A DNA stretch of 64,000 bases from an uncultured Acidobacteriota bacterium (GTDB taxonomy: Bacteria > Acidobacteriota > Thermoanaerobaculia > Multivoradales > Multivoraceae): the NCBI GenBank assembly GCA_963851415.1, contig CAWKPF010000002.1, positions 65,497 to 129,496 on the forward strand. Reading direction: 5' to 3'. Shown in pieces: positions 25,494 to 35,400 of the stretch. The translations under genes and the position numbers were made by a program. Within the stretch, counting starts at the first letter, position 1; each line of letters opens with the position of its first letter. The notes under the pieces are model-generated. The model was not told the DNA's origin and ran no database searches. It worked only from the letters and a program-made list of their open reading frames with translations.

Positions 25494-28319
25494 ATGCAGC
25501 TGCTGAGCGTCGTCCTTCTGCCAGCGCTCGGGGCAGTCCTTCTCGCCCTGGCGAGCCGGTCTCGGGTCTCGCCTGCCTGGGCGAGCGGGCTGGTCACCGG
25601 CACGGCGCTGGCGCTGCTCTGTGGCCTCGCGCCAAAGGCGCTCGTCGGCGAGGCCACCGTTACCGCCTGGCAGTGGATCCCCTCGCTCGGCCTGGAGCTC
25701 TCTCTGCGCCTCGACGGCCTCACCCTGCTGTTCGGCCTCCTGATCCTCGGGATCGGCCTCCTCGTCGTGCTCTATGCACGCTACTACCTGTCGGGCCAGG
25801 AGGGCCGGGCACGCTTCTACTGTCTCCTGCTGCTCTTCCAGAGCGCCATGCTGGGCCTGGTGTTCTCCGAGAACCTGCTCCTCGCCGTGGTGTTCTGGGA
25901 ACTGACCAGCCTCGTTTCCTTCCTGCTGATTGGCTACTCCTATCGCAAGAGTGAGGCTCGGCAGGGAGCCAGGCTCGCTCTGCTCGTCACCGGCGGTGGC
26001 GGAATCGCCCTGTTGGCAGGAGTGCTTCTGCTCGGCCGCATGGCGGGTAGCTACGAGCTCTCGGTCGTATTGAGCTCTCGAGAGCTCATTCAGTCCCACC
26101 CGCTCTACGGCACCGCCCTGGTGCTCCTGCTGCTCGGCATCTTCACGAAGTCGGCGCAGTTCCCTTTCCACTTCTGGCTCCCCCACGCCATGGCGGCGCC
26201 CACACCGGTGAGCGCCTACCTGCACTCGGCCACGATGGTGAAGGCAGGCATCTTCCTGCTGGCCCGTCTCTTTCCGGCCCTGGCCGGCACCGAAGAGTGG
26301 TTCTTCCTGGTGGGTGGCGCCGGAGTCACGACGCTCGTGCTGGGCGCTGCCTTCGCGCTCTTCCAGCACGACCTCAAGGGACTGCTCGCCTACTCGACGA
26401 TCAGCCACCTCGGACTGATCACCCTGCTGTTCGGGCTCGGAACCCCTCTCGGGGAGATCGCCGCCCTCTTCCACCTGATCAACCACGCCGTCTTCAAGGC
26501 CTCTCTGTTCATGGCGGCCGGCATCATCGACCATGAAGCCGGAACCAGAGACATGCGACGACTTTCGGGCCTCGTCCGAAAAATGCCCTACACGGCCATG
26601 CTCGCGATCGTGGCCGCCGCGGCGATGGCAGGAGTGCCGTTGCTGAACGGCTTTCTGAGCAAGGAGATGTTCTTCGCGGAGACCCTCCAGGTGCAGTGGA
26701 TGGGACCGTGGTACTGGTTGCTCCCCACGCTCGCGACCCTGGCCGGAGTGTTTTCCGTCGCCTACTCGACCCGATTCGTTCACGACGTCTTCTTCGGCCC
26801 ACCACTCGAGAGTCTCCCACCCGAGCGGCAACCTCCGAAGACCCCTCACCCCCCGCCACGATGGATGATCGTGCCGGTCGAAATTCTGGTCGTCGTCTGC
26901 CTGCTGGTCGGGGTGCTACCCAATCTCACGATCGGCACGCTGCTCGAGGCCGCCGCCCAGAGCGTGCTGCAGGCTCCGCTGCCCTACTACAGCATCAAGT
27001 TGTGGCACGGCTTCAACACCCCACTCTTGATGAGCGTCGTCGCCCTCCTTGGTGGCGTGCTCGTCTACGCCGGGCGGCACCCTCTGCTGGCCCTCTACGA
27101 TCGACACCTGCGCGAGTTCGAGGGCAAGCGACTCGTCGAGCACGGGGTCGAACGGACCGTGGCCGCTGCCACCTGGATCACCGATCGACTGGAGACCGGC
27201 TCTCTGCAGCGGGTCGTCTTGTGGCTCGTCGCTGCAGCTCTCCTGGCTCCCCTGGCCGGCGTTGCGGCACATCGGGCGGGCCAGCCCTGGATCGGCAGCG
27301 CTGGATGGAGCGACCCCGACCTCGCCACGGCGATGGGCGCCCTGGGGCTGGTGATTGCGGCCCTGGCGGCGGCGGCCTGGCATCGGCGCCGGCTCTTCGC
27401 ACTGCTGATGTTGGGGGTGATCGGGCTGCTGGTCACTCTCGCCTTCGTGCGCTTCTCGGCTCCGGATCTGGCGATGACCCAGCTGCTGGTCGAGGTCGTG
27501 ACGTTGCTCCTGCTCCTGTTGGCGATGTACTTCCTACCTGCCGACACACCGCGCGAGAGCAGTCCCGCGCGGCGCGGCCGCGATGTGCTGATCGCGACCG
27601 CCGGCGGACTGCTCGCGGGTGGCGCCACGCTGGCCATCCTGACCCGTCCGTTCGAGTCGATCTCGTCGTTCTACCTGGACCAGGCCAAGCCAGCTGGCGG
27701 CGGCTACAACGTCGTCAACGTGATCCTGGTCGATTTCCGCGGGTTCGACACCCTGGGCGAGATCCTGGTGCTCGGCATCGCCGCACTCGGAGCGGCCGCC
27801 CTGCTCAGGGGCATGGCCGTACAGACTCGCGAGCTCGATTGGCTCGGAAGACCCTGGGCTTCGGATCGCCATCCCCTCATGCTGGTGGTCATCTCACGCC
27901 CGCTCCTCCCGCTCGCCCTGCTGATCTCGCTGTATCTCCTGCTCCGGGGGCACAACGCGCCGGGGGGCGGATTCATCGCGGGCCTGGTCGCCGGCGTCGC
28001 GATCGTGCTGCAGTACCTGGCGAGCGGAACCGAGTGGACGCAGGCCCGGCTCGGGCGCGATTTTCGCGGATGGATCGGCGTCGGAGTCCTTCTCGCCACG
28101 GCCACTGGTGCGGCCGCACTCCTCTTCTCCCGGCCGTTCCTGTCCTCGGCGTTTCGCTACCTCGAATGGCCGTTGGTCGGAAAGTTCGAGGTCGCCAGTG
28201 CCATGGTCTTCGACATCGGGGTATTTCTCACGGTCGTGGCGACGGTGCTCATCATCCTGGCCTCTCTCGGCCGACTCGGTCCTGCCGACCAGGATCCAGA
28301 CCTGGAACTGAGGGACTGA
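25494..28319 (+). CDS. mrpA: Na+/H+ (monovalent cation/H+) antiporter subunit A (fused A+B type)
   Basis: 941 aa and polytopic. NuoL-like core (WELTSLVSFLLIG, AQFPFHFWLPHAMAAPTPVSAYLHSATMVKAG) followed by an MrpB-like C-terminus. First gene of a seven-function operon. Confidence 0.9.
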   Translation: MQLLSVVLLPALGAVLLALASRSRVSPAWASGLVTGTALALLCGLAPKALVGEATVTAWQWIPSLGLELSLRLDGLTLLFGLLILGIGLLVVLYARYYLSGQEGRARFYCLLLLFQSAMLGLVFSENLLLAVVFWELTSLVSFLLIGYSYRKSEARQGARLALLVTGGGGIALLAGVLLLGRMAGSYELSVVLSSRELIQSHPLYGTALVLLLLGIFTKSAQFPFHFWLPHAMAAPTPVSAYLHSATMVKAGIFLLARLFPALAGTEEWFFLVGGAGVTTLVLGAAFALFQHDLKGLLAYSTISHLGLITLLFGLGTPLGEIAALFHLINHAVFKASLFMAAGIIDHEAGTRDMRRLSGLVRKMPYTAMLAIVAAAAMAGVPLLNGFLSKEMFFAETLQVQWMGPWYWLLPTLATLAGVFSVAYSTRFVHDVFFGPPLESLPPERQPPKTPHPPPRWMIVPVEILVVVCLLVGVLPNLTIGTLLEAAAQSVLQAPLPYYSIKLWHGFNTPLLMSVVALLGGVLVYAGRHPLLALYDRHLREFEGKRLVEHGVERTVAAATWITDRLETGSLQRVVLWLVAAALLAPLAGVAAHRAGQPWIGSAGWSDPDLATAMGALGLVIAALAAAAWHRRRLFALLMLGVIGLLVTLAFVRFSAPDLAMTQLLVEVVTLLLLLLAMYFLPADTPRESSPARRGRDVLIATAGGLLAGGATLAILTRPFESISSFYLDQAKPAGGGYNVVNVILVDFRGFDTLGEILVLGIAALGAAALLRGMAVQTRELDWLGRPWASDRHPLMLVVISRPLLPLALLISLYLLLRGHNAPGGGFIAGLVAGVAIVLQYLASGTEWTQARLGRDFRGWIGVGVLLATATGAAALLFSRPFLSSAFRYLEWPLVGKFEVASAMVFDIGVFLTVVATVLIILASLGRLGPADQDPDLELRD

Positions 28320-28323
28320 TCGC

Positions 28324-28653
28324 GTGGAGTTTCTCTTTGCCCTGTCCGTCGCCGTGCTCGTGGGTGCTGCCATCTACCTGCTGCTGCGGGCCCGCACGTA
28401 CCCGGTGGTGCTCGGGATCACCCTGCTCTCCTATGCGGTGAACCTGTTTCTGTTCGCTTCGGGGCGTCTCACTCGAGACCGCGCCCCGCTCACCAACCTC
28501 GAGCTCGACCGCTATCCCGATCCACTTCCGCAGGCTCTCGTGCTCACCGCGATCGTCATCGGCTTCGGTATGACGGCCCTGCTGGTGGTGCTCTCGGTTC
28601 GCGCCGCGGCCGACTTTCGCAGCGATCACGTCGACGGGGAGGCCCCACGGTGA
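28324..28653 (+). CDS. mrpC: Na+/H+ antiporter subunit C
   Basis: 109 aa, three TM helices (NuoK-like), GTG start 4 nt after mrpA. Confidence 0.85.
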   Translation: MEFLFALSVAVLVGAAIYLLLRARTYPVVLGITLLSYAVNLFLFASGRLTRDRAPLTNLELDRYPDPLPQALVLTAIVIGFGMTALLVVLSVRAAADFRSDHVDGEAPR

Positions 28654-30206
28654 CCAGTTGGATGCACTGGCCGGTGGCGCCCCTGCTCGTACCTCTCGTG
28701 GCCGGTGCAGCGCTCCTCCTGATCCCGAGGGAATCGTGGCGTAGGGCGACGAGTTTCGGCGCCGCGCTGCTCTTCGCTCTGCTGGGCCTGGGGCTCTTCA
28801 GCCTCGTCGGGGCCCAGGGGACGCTCGTCTACGCACTCGGCGATTGGCCGACACCGTTCGGCATCGTCCTGGTCGCCGACCGATTGAGCTCGATGCTCGT
28901 TCTGCTCACTGGAGTGCTCGGGCTGGGGGCGATCGGCTACGCGATCGCCCAGGGGGAAGACCGGCTGGGCCCGAACTTCCACTCGATCTTCCAGTTCCAG
29001 CTGCTCGGAGTGAGTGGCGCCTTTCTCACGGGAGACCTCTTCAACCTGTTCGTCTTTTTCGAGATCATGCTCATCGCGTCCTACTGCCTCCTGCTCCACG
29101 GCCAGGGCGAGGCACGAATCCGGGCGGCGCTGCGCGTGGTCGTACTGAACCTGGTGGGCTCGGCCCTCTTCCTGATCGCGATCGGCGTCATCTACGGCAC
29201 TCTCGGCACACTCAACATGGCGGATCTGGCGGTTCGAGTGAGTCGTGTGCCCGCAGAGTCCGTGCCGCTACTGGCTGGCGGGGCCCTTCTCCTCCTGGTC
29301 GTGTTCGGCCTCAAGGCAGCTCTCTTCCCGCTCTACCTGTGGCTGCCCAGCGCCTATTCGGCCGCTTGCGCCTCGGTCGCCTGTGTCTTCGCGATCCTCA
29401 CCAAGGTCGGGATCTACTCCATCCTGCGCGTCTACACCCTGATCTTCGGCGACGCGGCGGGGCCCCTGGCACAGGTAGCGGCCCCCTGGCTGCTGCCCAC
29501 GGCCCTCGTCACCGTGACCCTGGGCGCCGCCGGCGTCCTGGGCAGCGCCAGCCTTCCTCGGCAGATCGGCTACCTGGTGGTCGTTTCGGTCGGAACCACG
29601 CTCGCCAGCGTCGGCCTGTTCACGAGCCAGGCGACGGCAGCGGCGATCTACTATCTGATTCAAAGCACCGTGATCACCGCCGGTCTGTACCTGCTCGCCG
29701 ATCAGATTCGACGCCGTGAGGCCGATCCGCCCGCCGGCAAGGGCGAGCCCAGGGGCGCGGCGCTGCTCGGAGCGCTGTTCTTCATCGCAGCGGTGGCCGC
29801 ATCGGGCCTTCCTCCGGCCAGTGGATTCGTCGGCAAACTGATGATCCTCGAGGCCGCGGGCCCCTCTCCGGCCGTCGCGTGGGTCTGGACCCTGATTCTG
29901 GGAGCGAGTTTCGTGAGTGTCGTCGCGATGGCGCGCGCGGGCAGCTCGCTCTTCTGGCGGCCAGCACCCGAGGCCACGCAGCCATCTGGGAGCGTCGCCG
30001 AGTCGGCGGCCATCGTTACCGGCGGGCGGTCCCTCGGTACGGCCCTGAGCACCGGCTTCATTCTCGGTGCCTTCCTGCTCGCTCTCTTCGCCACCCCGGT
30101 GATCGATCAGATCGAGGCCGCCGCCGAGGAAGTGCACGACCCCCAGCGTTACATTCGCGCCGTGCTCGGCGAAGACGCCGCGCTCAGCGAGGGAGACACG
30201 CCATGA
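28650..30206 (+). CDS. mrpD: Na+/H+ antiporter subunit D
   Basis: 518 aa, NuoN/M-like (FNLFVFFEIMLIASYCLL, LFPLYLWLPSAYSAA). It overlaps mrpC by 4 nt. Confidence 0.9.
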   Translation: MTSWMHWPVAPLLVPLVAGAALLLIPRESWRRATSFGAALLFALLGLGLFSLVGAQGTLVYALGDWPTPFGIVLVADRLSSMLVLLTGVLGLGAIGYAIAQGEDRLGPNFHSIFQFQLLGVSGAFLTGDLFNLFVFFEIMLIASYCLLLHGQGEARIRAALRVVVLNLVGSALFLIAIGVIYGTLGTLNMADLAVRVSRVPAESVPLLAGGALLLLVVFGLKAALFPLYLWLPSAYSAACASVACVFAILTKVGIYSILRVYTLIFGDAAGPLAQVAAPWLLPTALVTVTLGAAGVLGSASLPRQIGYLVVVSVGTTLASVGLFTSQATAAAIYYLIQSTVITAGLYLLADQIRRREADPPAGKGEPRGAALLGALFFIAAVAASGLPPASGFVGKLMILEAAGPSPAVAWVWTLILGASFVSVVAMARAGSSLFWRPAPEATQPSGSVAESAAIVTGGRSLGTALSTGFILGAFLLALFATPVIDQIEAAAEEVHDPQRYIRAVLGEDAALSEGDTP

Positions 30207-30715
30207 CAAGACCCCAATCCGGGGCCCAACGCTCCTGGCTCCCCCACCCCGGCCTCTCCGCCGCCCTTCTCGTCTTCTGGCTCTGGCTCAACTCCAGCCT
30301 GGCTTTCGGCCAGATCGTGCTGGGAAGCGCCGCCGCCCTCGCGATCCCATGGTTCACGACGCGCTTCTGGAGTGAGCAGGTTCCGCTGCGCAAGCCGGTG
30401 CGACTGGCCTTCTTCATGGCACTCGTGCTGCGCGACATCGTGGTCGCCAACGTCGTCGTGGCCGTACGGATTCTGGGACCCAATCGTAATCTCTCACCGA
30501 GCTTCGTCACTGTGCCGGTGGAGCTCGAGAGCGACTTCGCGCTCGTGACGTTGGCCTCCGTCATCTCGCTCACGCCGGGCACGGTGTCGACCGACCTGAG
30601 CCCCGATCGGCGAACACTGCTGATCCATGCACTGACCAGCACGAACGACGAGGCCCTCGTCGAAACGATCAAACGGCGCTACGAGCGCCCCCTCGCGGAG
30701 ATCTTCGAATGCTGA
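30203..30715 (+). CDS. mrpE: Na+/H+ antiporter subunit E
   Basis: ATG 30203 inside track ORF 29879..30715, with an ATGA overlap with mrpD. The MnhE-like sequence ends ...LVETIKRRYERPLAEIFEC. Confidence 0.75.
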   Translation: MTRPQSGAQRSWLPHPGLSAALLVFWLWLNSSLAFGQIVLGSAAALAIPWFTTRFWSEQVPLRKPVRLAFFMALVLRDIVVANVVVAVRILGPNRNLSPSFVTVPVELESDFALVTLASVISLTPGTVSTDLSPDRRTLLIHALTSTNDEALVETIKRRYERPLAEIFEC

Positions 30716-30978
30716 AACTGAGTCTCACGATTGCGCTGGCTCTGCTGGTCGTCGCCCTCTTGCTCAACTTGTGGCGAGTCCTTCGCGGCCCGGATCTGCT
30801 CGACCGTGTCATCGGCGTCGACACGCTCTACATCAACTCCCTCGCAGTGCTGATCGTCTACGGCGTCTATCTCGATGACGCCCGGTACTACGAGACCGCA
30901 CTGCTGATCGCCCTTCTCGGATTCATCAGCACGATGGCGTTGTGCAAGTTCCTCTTGCGCGGCGACATCATCGAGTGA
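30709..30978 (+). CDS. mrpF: Na+/H+ antiporter subunit F
   Basis: 89 aa, three TM helices, LWRVLRGPDLLDRVIGVDTL motif. It overlaps mrpE. Confidence 0.8.
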   Translation: MLKLSLTIALALLVVALLLNLWRVLRGPDLLDRVIGVDTLYINSLAVLIVYGVYLDDARYYETALLIALLGFISTMALCKFLLRGDIIE

Positions 30979-30984
30979 AGACCC

Positions 30985-31311
30985 ATGATCGAAATCATCG
31001 TCTCCCTGCTCGTGGTCCTGGGCGCAGCCTTCGCTCTGATCGGCTCGATCGGACTGGTCAAGCTGCCCGACACCTTCTCCCGACTGCACGGGCCGACCAA
31101 GGCCACCACACTCGGGGTCGGCGGAGTTCTGGCCGGCTCGGTGGTCCACTTCAGCACGCGTTCCGGCAACCCCACCGTTCACGAACTGCTGATCATCGTC
31201 TTTCTGTTCCTCACCGCCCCGATCAGCGCCCACCTCATCTCGAAGGCGGCGCTGCATCGAGGCCTGGCCACTCGGAGCGAGCCGCCCGAGGAATGGCCAG
31301 GCAGTCAGTAG
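30985..31311 (+). CDS. mrpG: Na+/H+ antiporter subunit G
   Basis: 108 aa. IGSIGLVKLPDTFSRLHGPTKATTLG is typical of MnhG. Confidence 0.8.
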   Translation: MIEIIVSLLVVLGAAFALIGSIGLVKLPDTFSRLHGPTKATTLGVGGVLAGSVVHFSTRSGNPTVHELLIIVFLFLTAPISAHLISKAALHRGLATRSEPPEEWPGSQ

Positions 31312-31327
31312 GGCTCCACTCTCTCGG

Positions 31328-34102
31328 CTACTCGTGCCGCAGCGCCGCGGTCGGTGCGATCTTCGTCACGCGTCGCGCCGGTAGCCACGACGCCAACGTG
31401 GCCGCCGTCGCCAGCAGCAACGCAGCCCCGACGAAGACGATCGGATCGGCCGCGCTCACCTCGTAGAGAAAGCTGCTGAGCAGCCGAGCCGTGGCAGCAG
31501 CGAGCAGGAGTCCGACGCAGAGACCGACCAGGGTCAAGGTCAGCCCCTCGCGCACCATCTGGCGCAGCACGTCACCACTGGTCGCCCCGAGCGCCATGCG
31601 GACGCCGATCTCCCTCGTGCGCCGCGACATCACGAAGGCCTTGACTCCGTACACTCCGACCAGCGCCAGGAACAACGCCAGCCCTCCGAGAATCGAGAAC
31701 ACCTGCGCCCCGGCTCGCACCAGCCAGAGGAAAAGACTCTCGTCGCGGTGATCGCGCATCGTCTTGAGAGTCAGCACGGGCAGTGCGGGATCGATCGAGC
31801 GGATCGTCTCGCGAATCGTGGCGAGCATGGCCGCCTCGTCGTCACCCATGCGATCGGCCACGCGGACGTGCACGTGCATGTTGGTCGAGAACACCTGCCC
31901 GTAGGGCACGTAGAGATGGGAGGTCGGGCCCAGGTCCCAGAGGTTGTGTCGTACGCCGGGAACGACACCGACCACCTGAAGCGGCACAGGCTCCCTGCCG
32001 GGAAGGCTCGCCGCGATCTGGATGAACTCGCCCAGCGCTTCCCCATCGGGAAACAGTCGCTCGGCCAGCGGCTCACCGATGATGGCGACCTTCGGCCCGT
32101 CGTCGGAGCGGATCTCTGATTCGTTGAACTCGCGGCCGCGCAGCACCGGAAGGCGCAGCGACTCGAAGTAGTCGTCACCCACGATGTAGTAGTTCGCGCC
32201 GGCACCCGCGTCGGGATCGGTTTCGCCGGCGAGCTGGACCTGTCGGCCGTTGGTCACCGCACCGAACGGCACGATCGACGCCATGCCAGCGCTCTCGACA
32301 CCCGGTAGGGCGCGGATTCGCGACATCACCTGGCGGAAGACCTCTCTGGTTCCCGCTTCGTCGCGCCCGATCAGACTGGGGTCGAGCTCGACCAGGACAC
32401 TCTTCTCGAGACTGAAGCCCGGGGTCGCACGAGCAGCGGCCAGGGCGCCTCGAGTGAACAGGCCGCCCGCGACCAGGAGCACCAGAGAGAGTGCAATCTG
32501 GGCGACGATCAGGAGATTGCGCGGAGCCAGGAGGCGAGGGCTGGAGCCAGCACCGATGTCCTTTCCCGCCGACTCCTTGAGACCGTCGACCAGGTCGCCC
32601 CCGCTGAGGCGCCAGGCGGGCCCGAGTCCGAAGAAGAGAGTCGCGAGCACGCAGAAACCCAGCGTCGCCAGGATCACTCTGAGGTCGGGGCTGGCGTCGA
32701 TCACGAAGCTGATGCCGAACGGGACCAGGCCACCGACCGTAGAGAACAGAAGACGGGTACCCAGATAGGCCAGAACGAGCCCGAGAACGCCGCCCGCCAA
32801 GGCCAGGAGCAGGCCTTCGGTCAGCAGTTGGCGCAGCAGTCGCGTGCGTCCGCCTCCCAGAGAAAGCCGGATCGCCATCTCTGTGCGGCGCGCCGCACCG
32901 CGCGCCAGGAACATGTTGGCCAGGTTGAGACACGCGATGAGCAGCACGACTCCAGTCATCGCCATCATCATGAGCGCGGGGCCGATCAGGAAGTCGCTTC
33001 CCTGGGGAACGTTGGAGACCCCGAGGCGCGACATGGGAGCGACCGTGAACGTCTGGTGCTCTTGTGCCACTGGATACTGCTGCTCCAGACGACTCGCGAG
33101 CGACGCCAACTCCGGCGCGGCGGCCGCGGCGTCGATACCCTCGCGGAGCCGCCCGAAGGGCATCAACGAATAGTTCTTGCGGTCGTCGAGCACACCCACC
33201 GTGCCGGTGTTCGCCGGCCCCGAGGCATACGGAAAGAAGGAGAGTGGTAGCCAGAGGTCGGGGGAGATGAGCGCCGTGGAGCCGGTGAAGCCCTCCGCCG
33301 CGATGCCGACCACGGTGACGGTTTCCCCACTGATCGGGAGTGTGGAACCGATCAACTCGGGATCGGCACCATTGCGTGCCCAGTAGTCGTGGCTCACCAC
33401 AGCCACCCGGCCGTCGCCGCTCGGGCTCTCCTCCGCCAGGGTGAAGGCGCGGCCGCGTGCGGGGGGCACACCAAAGGCATCGAAGTAGTTGGCCGAGACC
33501 AGGCCCGCCATCACCCGCCGGGTCGTGCCGCCCTCGGTCACGCCCACCACCGTGATGTTGAACGAAGCCAGCTCCTCGAAGACCTGGTTCTGTTCACGTA
33601 TGTCGACATAGGTGGGATACGAGAACATGCGATAGCTGTCCGGGCGCTCGGTGTTCTGGCTGTAGACACCGACGATGCGCTCGGGATCTGCGATCTTCAC
33701 CGGCCTCATCATCAACATGTTGATCAGGCTGAACATCGCCGAGTTGACCCCGATGCCGAGCGCCAGCACGATCACGGCCACCGCGGTGAACCCGGGGCTC
33801 TTGCTCAGCGAGCGCCAGGCATAGTTGACGTCCCGCCACAGTTCTTCAAACATCCTCTGTCTCCTGCGTTGCCGTTCTCCGCGTCGCCCGGAATGTTTGA
33901 GACTGCGACGAGTGCCGTCGAGATCACCGAACTGCATTAACGCCTGACGCTCCGCCGCCTCGGGATCCAGACCCTTCTCCCTCAGCTCCTCGATGCGCGA
34001 CTCCATGTGAAAGCGCAGCTCGTCGTCCACCTCGCGGTGGATCTGGTACGTGGTCCGCCAGGGAAAGCGAAATCCGCGGGGGATTCCCCGGACGCGGGCC
34101 AT
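31328..34102 (-). CDS. ADOP-type duplicated FtsX/MacB-like permease
   Basis: 924 aa. N-terminal prefix ...DDELRFHMESRIEELREKGLDPEAAERQALMQFG, two FtsX modules, C-terminal ...LPARRVTKIAPTAALRHE. It lies 3 nt downstream of a PadR gene. Confidence 0.85.
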   Translation of the reverse strand: MARVRGIPRGFRFPWRTTYQIHREVDDELRFHMESRIEELREKGLDPEAAERQALMQFGDLDGTRRSLKHSGRRGERQRRRQRMFEELWRDVNYAWRSLSKSPGFTAVAVIVLALGIGVNSAMFSLINMLMMRPVKIADPERIVGVYSQNTERPDSYRMFSYPTYVDIREQNQVFEELASFNITVVGVTEGGTTRRVMAGLVSANYFDAFGVPPARGRAFTLAEESPSGDGRVAVVSHDYWARNGADPELIGSTLPISGETVTVVGIAAEGFTGSTALISPDLWLPLSFFPYASGPANTGTVGVLDDRKNYSLMPFGRLREGIDAAAAAPELASLASRLEQQYPVAQEHQTFTVAPMSRLGVSNVPQGSDFLIGPALMMMAMTGVVLLIACLNLANMFLARGAARRTEMAIRLSLGGGRTRLLRQLLTEGLLLALAGGVLGLVLAYLGTRLLFSTVGGLVPFGISFVIDASPDLRVILATLGFCVLATLFFGLGPAWRLSGGDLVDGLKESAGKDIGAGSSPRLLAPRNLLIVAQIALSLVLLVAGGLFTRGALAAARATPGFSLEKSVLVELDPSLIGRDEAGTREVFRQVMSRIRALPGVESAGMASIVPFGAVTNGRQVQLAGETDPDAGAGANYYIVGDDYFESLRLPVLRGREFNESEIRSDDGPKVAIIGEPLAERLFPDGEALGEFIQIAASLPGREPVPLQVVGVVPGVRHNLWDLGPTSHLYVPYGQVFSTNMHVHVRVADRMGDDEAAMLATIRETIRSIDPALPVLTLKTMRDHRDESLFLWLVRAGAQVFSILGGLALFLALVGVYGVKAFVMSRRTREIGVRMALGATSGDVLRQMVREGLTLTLVGLCVGLLLAAATARLLSSFLYEVSAADPIVFVGAALLLATAATLASWLPARRVTKIAPTAALRHE

Positions 34103-34105
34103 CGC

Positions 34106-34444
34106 TCAGGTGGCCTCCAAGACCTGGAACACGGCGGTTGCGTAGCGTCGCCAGTTCGACCACTCCTCGTTCAAACGGGCACGGCCGCTCGACGTGATCT
34201 CGTAGTACTTGGCCCGGCGGTTGTTCTCCGACGTGCCCCACTCGCTCTCCACGAGCTCACGGCGCTCGAGTCGGTGCAACGCCTGGTAGAGCGCCGCGTC
34301 TTCGATGCCCAGCTCCCCGTCCGAGCTGTCCCGGATCCAGGCCGAGAGGCCGTAGCCGTGATTCGGACCGCGGGTCAGGGCCTTGAGAATCAGAATGTCG
34401 ACGGTGCCCTGGATGAGCTTGAGGCTACTGCGATCGGAGGTCAT
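34106..34444 (-). CDS. PadR-family transcriptional regulator
   Basis: ATG 34444 inside track ORF 34106..34606(-). LKLIQGTVDILILKALTRGPNHGYGLSAWI...ALYQALHRLERRELVESEWG...RRAKYYEITSSGRARL. Confidence 0.85.
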   Translation of the reverse strand: MTSDRSSLKLIQGTVDILILKALTRGPNHGYGLSAWIRDSSDGELGIEDAALYQALHRLERRELVESEWGTSENNRRAKYYEITSSGRARLNEEWSNWRRYATAVFQVLEAT

Positions 34445-34633
34445 GTTCCGGCTCCCTGGAGCTTTCCCCATAGATGGTGAGGGAAGCGCCTGGAGATGAT
34501 ACGCCGGAGAGGCGCGCCGTGTTTCACTTCGGCTGCCCACGTGACGGCGGCGCACCCACCACAGCGGCTGCACCCGGTGAGGTCCCGTCCCCCACCGGAA
34601 GGCCACCGAGCCTTCAGTCGAGCTCGAAGTCTG

Positions 34634-34918
34634 CTAGGACGAGAAGTGAGCCTTGCCCACGGCCCGAGCTTCAGCGTCGTCGAGCACCGGGACCGCCTCG
34701 ATATCGATGACGGAGTTCCAGTTCAACAACCAGCGCCCCAGTCCCGCCGGGTCGTCGGTCTCGCAGATGGCGACGCCGGTGAGGCTCACCACATCGTGCC
34801 ACCGTCCGAGAAGCTTGACGCCACCGAAGTCTTCGTCATCCGGCGACATCTCAGAGAAGCCCTGGAAGGTCTCGTGCCTCTTGTCGGGATGGACCTGCCA
34901 GCTCACCATGAATTTCAT
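34634..34918 (-). CDS. DUF3303-like small protein
   Basis: 94 aa. MKFMVSWQVHPDKR... and ...GRWLLNWNSVIDIEAVPVLDD resemble the DUF3303 pattern as I remember it. Confidence 0.6.
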   Translation of the reverse strand: MKFMVSWQVHPDKRHETFQGFSEMSPDDEDFGGVKLLGRWHDVVSLTGVAICETDDPAGLGRWLLNWNSVIDIEAVPVLDDAEARAVGKAHFSS

Positions 34919-35107
34919 GGCATCCTCCTTGCGCGGGTTGTCGGTCGTGGAAGGGTCAGGACGGTACTATCACAAGGCCAACGAAGAGCCGCCGCCAATC
35001 CCGGGAAAATGGGGACAGTTGCCATTCTTCCCGGCGTTTTCTCCGAGTCTGTCGCTTCTGGCGAGACTGAACGAGACGCTCCCCGGAACGAGAGTCCCCA
35101 GCGGGCG

Positions 35108-35305
35108 TCAGTCCAAGACGCGACCCGGCCACATCTCGAAGCCGGCCGCCGCGAAGTGGCGATCGAACGTGAAGACCCGACGAAGGCGTCGACGCTTCAT
35201 CAGGACGAACGACACACAGTCCGTGAAGCTCGGGCCCTGATCGGCCAGCTTGGTCTGGGCCCGTGTCTTGAGGTCGTTCGGCAGCATGACGGTGGTCCGA
35301 TGCAT
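35108..35305 (-). pseudogene. VapB-VapC internal-deletion remnant (RHH N-terminus fused to PIN C-terminus)
   Basis: MHRTTVMLPNDLKTRAQTKLADQG (antitoxin-like RHH start) runs straight into PSFTDCVSFVLMKRRRLRRVFTFDRHFAAAGFEMWP (C-terminal end of a PIN/VapC domain). Confidence 0.6.
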
Positions 35306-35400
35306 GGCGCCATAATGGCACAAGCCATACACGCGAAGCGGTTCGACTTCGTTCACTCAGTGATTATGCTCCCTAGCATTATGCTATTCTGCATAAACTC

